From the NCBI GenBank assembly GCA_965248835.1, contig CBDFLJ010000002.1, positions 1,312,001 through 1,376,000 of the forward strand: a DNA stretch of 64,000 nucleotides. The letters are read 5' to 3'. The stretch comes from Alphaproteobacteria bacterium (GTDB lineage: Bacteria > Pseudomonadota > Alphaproteobacteria > MPNO01). Numbering within the stretch: position 1 is the stretch's first letter; the number at the start of each line of letters is the position of its first letter. The notes under the pieces were generated by a model, which worked only from the letters and a program-made list of their open reading frames with translations, had not been told where the DNA came from and did no database searches. A program made the translations under genes and the position numbers. Of this stretch, positions 53,342 through 60,927 are shown in pieces.

Positions 53342-54013
53342 ATGTATGTCGAGCACCGGACCTATTCGATCACGCCCGGCCGGGTCGGCGATTATCTGGC
53401 CGGCTACGGCCCCAAGGGCTATCCGATCCAGAAACGCTACCTGGGCGATTGCTGCATCGGCTCCTACGTCACCGAGATCGGCACCATCCAGGAGATCACG
53501 ATGATGTGGCGCTTCGATTCGCTCGACCAGCGGATGGAGCGCAAGGCCGCCAACGACCGCGATCTGGACTGGCAGCGGCTGATGGCCGACGGGCTGACCC
53601 CGTTCGTCGACCGGGTGGTCACCAAGGTGGTCGTCCCGGCCCCGTTCTGGCAAGACACCGCGGTCGACGGTTCACGCTACCCGTATGTCGAACAGCGCAC
53701 CTATGCGGTCAAACCGGGCCGGGTCGGCGCCTATCTTGCAGCCTATGGCGAGCGCGGCTTCGCGCTGCAGCGGCGCCACTTCGAGGACGCGAGCCTCGGT
53801 GTGTGGACCTCCGAGGTCGGCACCATCCAGGAGGTGACGATGTTCTGGGGCTTCGGCTCGCTCGATGAGCGGATGGAGCGCCGGCGGGCCAACGACGCCG
53901 ATCCCGAATGGGCCGAGCTCAACCGCGACGTGCTGGCGCCCAATATCGAGCGCGTCGTGACCAAGGTGATGTCGCCCACCCCCTATTGGGTGGCTGACCG
54001 GGCGGTGCCATAG
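53342..54013 (+). CDS. NIPSNAP-family protein with two tandem domains
   Basis: Two repeats of YVE.RTY...PGRV..YL..YG...EIGT.QE.T..W.F.SLD.RMER; GGAGG RBS. Confidence 0.85.
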   Translation: MYVEHRTYSITPGRVGDYLAGYGPKGYPIQKRYLGDCCIGSYVTEIGTIQEITMMWRFDSLDQRMERKAANDRDLDWQRLMADGLTPFVDRVVTKVVVPAPFWQDTAVDGSRYPYVEQRTYAVKPGRVGAYLAAYGERGFALQRRHFEDASLGVWTSEVGTIQEVTMFWGFGSLDERMERRRANDADPEWAELNRDVLAPNIERVVTKVMSPTPYWVADRAVP

Positions 54014-55473
54014 AGCAAGCTCCGCAAGACCGACGGGATCAGCCCCGGCAGGTCGTCCGCCACAAGCCCGGGACCAAAAGCAGCCGCGGCCTCGCCGTGG
54101 ATCCAGGCCGCGGCACATCCGGCATCGAACGGGCCGAGCCCCTGCGCCATCAGCCCCGTCGCGATCCCCGCCAGCACGTCGCCGGCACCGGCGGTGGCAA
54201 GGCTCGGCGGCGCATTGACGTTGACCGCCACCCGGCCGTCGGGGGCCGTGATGACCGTGTCGCTCCCCTTCAGGAGGACCGCCGAGCCCGAAACGGCGGC
54301 CGCCGAACGCGCCCTGGCGAGTTTGTCGCCGGAGGCCTCGAACAGGCGGGAGAACTCGCCCTCGTGCGGGGTCATCAGCACCGGCACGCCGGCGATGGCC
54401 GCGAACAGCGCCGCCGGGTCGCCGGCGAAGACGCTGAGCGCATCGGCATCCAGCACCAGGGGTTTTCCGGTGCCTGCGGCGCTCAGGACCGTTCGGCGGG
54501 TCGCCTCGCCCAACCCGGCGCCCGGCCCGATCAGCGCCGCATCCCGCCTGCGGTCGGCAAGATAGGCCGCGAGATCGCCCGGGGCCGCCGCCGGCACAAC
54601 CAGCAGGCTTGCCATGTCGGCCGCGTAGATCGGCACCGCCTCGGGCGGGCAGACCACGCTGGTCAATCCGGCCCCGATCCGCATAGCCGCGCGCGCGGCA
54701 AGCCGGGCCGCCCCGGTCATCGTCCCGCCGCCGGCGATCACCGCATGCCCGCGGCTGTATTTCTGATCGCCCGGCCGCGGCCAGCGCAGCGCGGAGCGCC
54801 ACAGCGCCGGGCCGTTCTCCCACGCCTTCGGCCGGATCTCATCGAGGACGTTCCCGGGAATGCCGATGTCGGCGCAATGGATCTCGCCCATGAGCGCGCG
54901 GCCGGGCATCAGCACGTGGCCGGGCTTCTTGCGGAAAAACGTTACCGTCATCATCGCTTCGGCAGCGGCACCGAGGATCGCCCCGCTATTGCCGTCGACG
55001 CCCGAGGGGACATCGACGGCGACGCAAGGGATGGCCGCACCGGCCAGCGCCTCGATCACCGCGCGTGCGGCGCCGTCGACCTCTCGCACCAGACCGGCAC
55101 CGAAGATCGCATCGACGGCAAGCCTCGCCCCGGCCAGCGCCGCGGGGCTGAGCGGGACGATCGGCCCGGTCCAGCGCCCGGCGTTGAGCGCGGCATCGCC
55201 CTTCAGCGCCGCCCGCTCGCCGAGCAGCGCCACGGTGACCGGCCAGCCGTGCTCGGCCAGCAGGCGGGCGATCACGAAACCGTCGCCGCCATTGTTGCCG
55301 GGCCCGCACAGAATCGCCGTCGGGCGCGGGTCCCAGCGGGCCCGGATGCGATCGGCGACCGCACGGCCGGCGGCCTCCATCAGCGCCTCGCCCGGAATGC
55401 CCGCCGCGATCGCCGCGCGATCGGCGGCATACATCTCATCGACGCTCAGCAACGCCAACTCGTCGCACATCAC
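53983..55473 (-). CDS. nnr: Bifunctional NAD(P)H-hydrate epimerase/dehydratase (YjeF)
   Basis: LMEAAG, CGPGNNGGDG, DVPSG, KYSRG, DADAL, TPHEGE, LATAGAGDVLAG. Confidence 0.95.
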   Translation of the reverse strand: MMCDELALLSVDEMYAADRAAIAAGIPGEALMEAAGRAVADRIRARWDPRPTAILCGPGNNGGDGFVIARLLAEHGWPVTVALLGERAALKGDAALNAGRWTGPIVPLSPAALAGARLAVDAIFGAGLVREVDGAARAVIEALAGAAIPCVAVDVPSGVDGNSGAILGAAAEAMMTVTFFRKKPGHVLMPGRALMGEIHCADIGIPGNVLDEIRPKAWENGPALWRSALRWPRPGDQKYSRGHAVIAGGGTMTGAARLAARAAMRIGAGLTSVVCPPEAVPIYAADMASLLVVPAAAPGDLAAYLADRRRDAALIGPGAGLGEATRRTVLSAAGTGKPLVLDADALSVFAGDPAALFAAIAGVPVLMTPHEGEFSRLFEASGDKLARARSAAAVSGSAVLLKGSDTVITAPDGRVAVNVNAPPSLATAGAGDVLAGIATGLMAQGLGPFDAGCAAAWIHGEAAAAFGPGLVADDLPGLIPSVLRSLLYGTARSATQ

Positions 55474-55516
55474 GCCGATCTCCGGTGGCGGCCGCCGCGG
55501 TGGGGTTTCAACCCCT

Positions 55517-56212
55517 TCAGGCTGCGGAATTGCGCCGCTCGCGTGCCTCGAGCTCGGCGATCACCTCTTCGAGGCCCATCACGTCGGCGTATTTGTGGTG
55601 CAGGTCGAACAGGCTGATCTTGTGGATCAAATCGGCCCGGTCGTAGACGCATTCCTCGACCACGGTGGCGTGATAGCCGTTCGAATAGGCATCCACGGTC
55701 GAGGCGCGGACGCAGCCCGAGGTGCTCTCGCCGCAGATGATGAGGCTGTCGATCCCTCGCCGGGTGAGCTGGGCGACCAAGGGCGTGCCGTAGAACGCGC
55801 TGGCGCGCTCCTTCTCGATCACCAGGTCGCCGGGCTCCGGCGCGAAGGCCTCATGGATTGCATAGTCGTCGTCGCGGCCCTGGCCGATCTGCCGGTTGGT
55901 GGCGACGACGCTGCCATCCTTCTGCGCGGCGGTGGTGTAGACCACCGGCAAGCCCGCCATGCGGGCGGCCGCAAACAGCCGCCGGGTCGGCTCGATCGCC
56001 GTCCAGGCGTTGACCCCGCACGCGCTGGGATGGCGGTCGATCAGTTCGATCACCGGCTCGCTGCCGCCGCGATAGGCGAGGTTATAGAGGTCGATCGCCA
56101 GCAGCGCCGGGGACCGCCCGACATGGACGTCGCGCCGGTAGGCGGCATAGATCCTGAGCACGTCCTCGGGAATGACATCGCGCCAGCAATGGTCTTCGAA
56201 ATCACGCGCCAT
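55517..56212 (-). CDS. Isochorismatase-family cysteine hydrolase (NicF / N-carbamoylsarcosine amidase-like)
   Basis: Start ATG at 56212; D-K-C triad in AIDLY, EKERASAF and GESTSGCVRAS. Confidence 0.88.
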   Translation of the reverse strand: MARDFEDHCWRDVIPEDVLRIYAAYRRDVHVGRSPALLAIDLYNLAYRGGSEPVIELIDRHPSACGVNAWTAIEPTRRLFAAARMAGLPVVYTTAAQKDGSVVATNRQIGQGRDDDYAIHEAFAPEPGDLVIEKERASAFYGTPLVAQLTRRGIDSLIICGESTSGCVRASTVDAYSNGYHATVVEECVYDRADLIHKISLFDLHHKYADVMGLEEVIAELEARERRNSAA

Positions 56213-56334
56213 CCTTCGGTCTCCCTCAACCGGAGTGCTGCCATGGGCCAGTTTCCCAGATCCGCCCGCGTTGGTCGAGCGCAGCCCTTGCGCGGCCGGC
56301 CGGTTTCGCGATAGGCCAGACCGGCAGGGAGGAG

Positions 56335-57510
56335 ATGATGACGACGGCAATCGAGAACATCGAGGTCATCCACGTCGCGCTGCCGACCCGGCGCGAGCAC
56401 AAGTGGGCCGGCCTGACCGAGCCGATCGGCGGCTATGTCCTGGTCAAGATGACCGGCGCAAACGGCGTGACGGGATGGGGCGAAGCGCCGGCGCTGAAGG
56501 ATTGGGGCGGCGACTTCGGCCGATATTTCGGCGAATCGCCGGCCACGACCCGGCTCGTCGTCGAGCGCTATCTGGCGCCGGTCGTGATCGGGCTCGACCC
56601 GGCCCAGCCGGTGGCCCTCCACCGGGCGATGGATGCGATGATCAAGGGCTACCCCTACGCCAAGGCGGCGGTCGAGATGGCGGCCTACGATCTGGCCGGG
56701 CGCACGCTGGGTGTGCCGGTCCATGTGCTGTTGGGCGGGCTGGTGCGCGCAACGGTCCCGATCACCCATTCGATCGGGCTGCTGGATATCGAGCAAGCGG
56801 TCCAGGAGTGCCGCAAGGTCACCGCCGAGGGTATCCGGACCATCAAGATCAAAGTCGGGATCGATCCCGAGCGCGACGTCGAGATCGTCCGCCGAGTCCG
56901 CGAGGCCGTCGGTCCGGCTACCGATTTGTGCGCGGATGCGAACCAGGGCTATCGGACCCCGCATGAAGCGATCCGCACCATCCGCGCGATGGAGCCGGAA
57001 AGGCTGATCTACGCCGAGCAGCCGGTCGAGGGGATCGACCGCATGGCCGAGGTCGCCCGCGGCGTCGGTGTGCCCCTGATGGCCGACGAGAGCGCCTGGA
57101 ACGCCCGCGACGTCTTCGAGATCGCCGAGCGGCGGGCTGCGGAGATCGTCTCGATCTATGCCACCAAGCCCGGCGGGCTCTACCGTGCGATGCAGGTCGC
57201 CGCCGTCGCCAAGGCGGCAGGGTTGATCTGCAACGTCAACGGCTCGGTCGAGACCGGGATCGGCAATCTCGCCAACATTCACCTCGCAGCCGCTGCCGAA
57301 CCGGTGAGCCTGAGCTGCGTTGTGCCGATCTCCACCCCGGCCGGGCACCGCACCGACCAGGTCGGCGGGATCTACTACACCGACGACCTGATCGCCGCCC
57401 CGTTCACGGTCAGGGATGGCGCGGTCGTCGTGCCGACCGGCCCCGGCATGGGTATCGACGTCGACCCGGAGAAGATTGAACGCTACCGGGTGCGCGAGGA
57501 GCGCCCATGA
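56335..57510 (+). CDS. Enolase superfamily enzyme, MLE subgroup
   Basis: GWGE, KIKVG, metal ligands DAN / EQP / DES, PTGPGMG. Confidence 0.9.
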   Translation: MMTTAIENIEVIHVALPTRREHKWAGLTEPIGGYVLVKMTGANGVTGWGEAPALKDWGGDFGRYFGESPATTRLVVERYLAPVVIGLDPAQPVALHRAMDAMIKGYPYAKAAVEMAAYDLAGRTLGVPVHVLLGGLVRATVPITHSIGLLDIEQAVQECRKVTAEGIRTIKIKVGIDPERDVEIVRRVREAVGPATDLCADANQGYRTPHEAIRTIRAMEPERLIYAEQPVEGIDRMAEVARGVGVPLMADESAWNARDVFEIAERRAAEIVSIYATKPGGLYRAMQVAAVAKAAGLICNVNGSVETGIGNLANIHLAAAAEPVSLSCVVPISTPAGHRTDQVGGIYYTDDLIAAPFTVRDGAVVVPTGPGMGIDVDPEKIERYRVREERP

Positions 57511-57531
57511 CGCCGTGTGCGTTGCACCCGA

Positions 57532-58668
57532 ATGACACGGGAAACTTGGATGCGCGCGGAGATCGTTAGACGCCTGACGGAAGCGATGAGCCCGGCTGGG
57601 CTCGACGCGGTGATCGCCGTCTCGCCGGAGAACTTCGCCTACATCGCCGGGTTCGTCGTCCCCTCCCAGCCGTTGATGCGCTGGCGCCACGCGATGGCGA
57701 TCCTGACGGCAAGCGGCGCCGGATCGATTGTCTGCGTGGACATGGAAGAGACCACGGTCACCGGCCACGCGGACGGCGTGCCGGTCCGCGCCTGGGGCGA
57801 GTTCACCGACGATGCGATGGCGGTGCTGGCCGATGAGCTCCAGCGCCTGGGGCTCGGCACGGCGCGGATCGGGATCGAGCTCGACTATCTGCCGGCGCGC
57901 GACTTCGGCAAGCTCGATGCGGCCCTGCCCAACGCGCGGTTTGCCACGATCGATGCCATGCTGGATGAGATGCGCCAGCGCAAGACCGACGACGAGATCA
58001 CCCTGTTGCGCCGGCTGTCGCGAATCGCCGACAAGGCGATCGGCGATGCCTTCGCCGCGGTCTCTCCGGGCGATACCGAGATGGACATCGCCGCCGCGCT
58101 GACCCGCAGCGTCTACGCGCAGGGGGCGGAGCAGTTCCGCCTGATGATCGTCGCCACCGGCGAGCGCAGCCAGCTTCCCAATGTCGGGCCCACGGAGCGG
58201 GTGTTAGAGCCGGGCGATGTCTGCCGGGTCGAAATCTTCCCGATGATCGGCGGCTATCATGCCGGCGTCTGCCGCACCGCCGTGGTCGGCGCGCCGCCCG
58301 AGGGCGCCGAGCGGATCTGGCGAAATCTGGTCTCGTGCAAGCACATGCTGATGGAGATGATCTGCCCCGGTGCGGCCGCGCGGGCGATCTACGACGCCTT
58401 CCTAGGCCGCTTCGGCGAGCTCGGCCTGCCGCCGATCGCCTTCGTCGGCCACGGCATCGGCTTGCACCTGCACGAGGCGCCGTACCTCGCCGCGCACGAA
58501 ACCGCCAGCCTCGCGCCCGGCATGGTTCTGGGGGTCGAGCCCCTGGTCTACCGGACCGGCCTCGGATACGGCATGCAGCTCAAGGACATGATCGCAGTGA
58601 CCGAGGACGGCCCGGCCGACCTGCTGTCTGATGCGACGGACAACGACAGCCTGATCGTGGTCGAATAA
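57532..58668 (+). CDS. M24 (pita-bread fold) family protein with an atypical metal site
   Basis: Creatinase/prolidase-type N-domain, RQRKTDDEI, GHGIGLHLHE, VEP. Confidence 0.85.
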   Translation: MTRETWMRAEIVRRLTEAMSPAGLDAVIAVSPENFAYIAGFVVPSQPLMRWRHAMAILTASGAGSIVCVDMEETTVTGHADGVPVRAWGEFTDDAMAVLADELQRLGLGTARIGIELDYLPARDFGKLDAALPNARFATIDAMLDEMRQRKTDDEITLLRRLSRIADKAIGDAFAAVSPGDTEMDIAAALTRSVYAQGAEQFRLMIVATGERSQLPNVGPTERVLEPGDVCRVEIFPMIGGYHAGVCRTAVVGAPPEGAERIWRNLVSCKHMLMEMICPGAAARAIYDAFLGRFGELGLPPIAFVGHGIGLHLHEAPYLAAHETASLAPGMVLGVEPLVYRTGLGYGMQLKDMIAVTEDGPADLLSDATDNDSLIVVE

Positions 58669-58705
58669 GCTCGGGGACGCATTCAGCGGCGCGGCAGCGC
58701 ACTGA

Positions 58706-59692
58706 TCAGGTCGAGCGGACCAGATCGAGCGCTGCCCGCTCGCCGGCCGCATCGCCGACAACCAGCAGGACCGGCTCGTCGATTCCAGCCTCTTGATAGG
58801 CGGCGATGCGCTGCCGGCACGCCTCGGCCGGTCCGCACACGCCGAACGCCTCGACCGCGTCGTCGGGGATAAGCGATGCGGCCTGGTCCATGTCGCGGCG
58901 GGCGATCGCGGCCTTGACCGCGTCACGGTCGACGGAGATGCCCGATGCAGCCACGCTTTCGGCGACGAAATCGTTGCGCATCATGAAGGCGATCTTGGGC
59001 CTCAGCCGGTCGAGCGCGGCGCGGCGGTCCTCATCGACCGCGGTGTAGAGATAGCCCGCGCGGCGGATCCGCGCCGGGTCGCGGCCCGCGCGCACGGCCC
59101 CCTCGGCAACCCGGGCGAGCGAGAGCGCGGCATGTTCGACCGTCAGCCCGGCCGACAGCACCACCCCGTCGGCCCGCTCGCCGGTCAGGCGGAGCATCAT
59201 CGGTCCCATCGCCGCGACATAGATCGGGATCGGCTCGGCCGGACGGAAGGCCATCCGCATACCGGCCAGGCGAAAGACCTCGCCCTCGTAGGTCCCGCCC
59301 TCGCCGGACCAGAGCCGGCGCAGGCAGTCGATGAACTCGCCCATCGCGCGCAACGGATTTTCGAGCTTCGCTCCGGCTTCGGCGAGGAACATCGGGTTGC
59401 CCGAGCCCAGCGCGATCGCCGCCCGGCCCGGGGCGGCCTCGGCGATGGTCGCCATCGCCATCGCGACCGGGACGGGGTGCCAAAGATACGGGCTGATCGC
59501 CGTCGGGATGACCGTCGCGCGCTCGGTCGACAATGCGAAGGCGGTGCACGAGACCATAGACTGGCGGTAGCCCAGATGCTCGGCCATCCACAGGTTCCGC
59601 ACCCCGGCCGCCTCGGCGCGGCGGGCGAGCGCCAGCGCGTCCTGGAAGGTCGCGAACCCGTCGAAGCTCACCCCGAATGCCGGCGCGTTCAC
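58706..59692 (-). CDS. LLM-family oxidoreductase, Mer-like, probably F420-dependent
   Basis: LWMAEH, HPV..AMA.AT, GRAAIALGSG, IPIYVAAMGPMMLRLTGERADG. Confidence 0.85.
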   Translation of the reverse strand: MNAPAFGVSFDGFATFQDALALARRAEAAGVRNLWMAEHLGYRQSMVSCTAFALSTERATVIPTAISPYLWHPVPVAMAMATIAEAAPGRAAIALGSGNPMFLAEAGAKLENPLRAMGEFIDCLRRLWSGEGGTYEGEVFRLAGMRMAFRPAEPIPIYVAAMGPMMLRLTGERADGVVLSAGLTVEHAALSLARVAEGAVRAGRDPARIRRAGYLYTAVDEDRRAALDRLRPKIAFMMRNDFVAESVAASGISVDRDAVKAAIARRDMDQAASLIPDDAVEAFGVCGPAEACRQRIAAYQEAGIDEPVLLVVGDAAGERAALDLVRST

Positions 59693-60798
59693 CGCCCCTC
59701 CCCCTCGGTCACCAGGCGGTGCAGCGCGGCCGACTCCAGGCCGGCGATGCCCATGCGTTCCAGGCTTAGCCCGGTTGCGGCGTAGTCAATGCCGGTCGCC
59801 GCCGATAGCAGAGCGATGTGAGCATCGATCGTCGGTGTCGGAACGCCGGCCAGCCTGCCGAATGCCGCGATCGGCACCAGGCCGTAGCCGACATCCTCAT
59901 GGACATAGCGATGGTCGAGCGAGGACGGGCTGCGCAGCGTCGCGTTGGGTGCGCTTTCGCGACACGCGCGGGCGACCGAACCGCTGTCGGCGGCCTCTCT
60001 CGTCGTCAACCCGGCGTTGAAGAAAATCTCAAGGAACGGCTTCGCAGGCACGCCAAGCGCTTGGGCGACCGCCATGCGTTCGGCGTCGATCGCGCCGACC
60101 ACGCGGCCGACCGCCTCGGTCATCCCTTCCTTGTAGAACAGGAAATCACCGTCGGTGTCCTCGATCCAGCCGGCATTCATCAGCATGCCCGGCGGGTGAA
60201 AGATCGCGTTGATGTTGGCAAGTCCGGTCTCGAGCACGCTGGAGGCTGCCCGGATTTCCGGGAACAGCGGCTGCACCTCGGCGTGCAGCCGGGCGGTGGC
60301 GCTGCCCGGCAGGGCCGCGAACATGAGCCGCTTGGTGTAGGAATAGATCCCCACCGTCGCCGGTCCTTCCATCCGGGCGATATAGGTCAACGTGACCGTC
60401 TCGCAGGTCTCGAGCGGCGCGGTGTGACCTGCGCGGCGGAGTTCCGTGCGGAAATGGAGGCCGCCCCCGGTATGGCCCGGATCGAGGAAGACCGGCACGC
60501 CCGGCGCCAGCACGCCCGCCAGGGCTTCGGCGTAGTAGGCATGCGCCACCGCGGGGACGACCAGCATCACCAGGTCGGCGCCATCGACAGCCGCCGCGAC
60601 ATCGGTGGTCAGCAACGCCGGCATCCCGGTGCCCTCGAAGATGCCGCGCGCGGTGATCCCGCCGTGCGCGCGGATCGGGGCCAGGCGCTCCTCGCTCCTG
60701 GCATGCAGCCGGACCTCGAAGCCGCGGCGGGTCAGGTCCGCCGCCGCGGCATGGCCCCCATGACCCGCCCCCAGTACCGCGACCGATGTGATAGCCAT
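59689..60798 (-). CDS. NAD(P)-dependent opine (octopine/nopaline) dehydrogenase family protein
   Basis: GAGHGG Rossmann motif, LANINAIFHPPG, FLFY.EG, D.ER, HRYVHEDVGYGL. Confidence 0.9.
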   Translation of the reverse strand: MAITSVAVLGAGHGGHAAAADLTRRGFEVRLHARSEERLAPIRAHGGITARGIFEGTGMPALLTTDVAAAVDGADLVMLVVPAVAHAYYAEALAGVLAPGVPVFLDPGHTGGGLHFRTELRRAGHTAPLETCETVTLTYIARMEGPATVGIYSYTKRLMFAALPGSATARLHAEVQPLFPEIRAASSVLETGLANINAIFHPPGMLMNAGWIEDTDGDFLFYKEGMTEAVGRVVGAIDAERMAVAQALGVPAKPFLEIFFNAGLTTREAADSGSVARACRESAPNATLRSPSSLDHRYVHEDVGYGLVPIAAFGRLAGVPTPTIDAHIALLSAATGIDYAATGLSLERMGIAGLESAALHRLVTEGEGR

Positions 60799-60927
60799 CG
60801 CCTCCCCCGCCTGGCTGCGGATTTCGCGCGGCGATCTTGATCGGACCGGCCCGAACGGGCAAGACGTGACACCGGTGCCCGTTTGCGGCTATGTCCTGGG
60901 CAGGAACGCGAGGAGGCGATAAGGACG

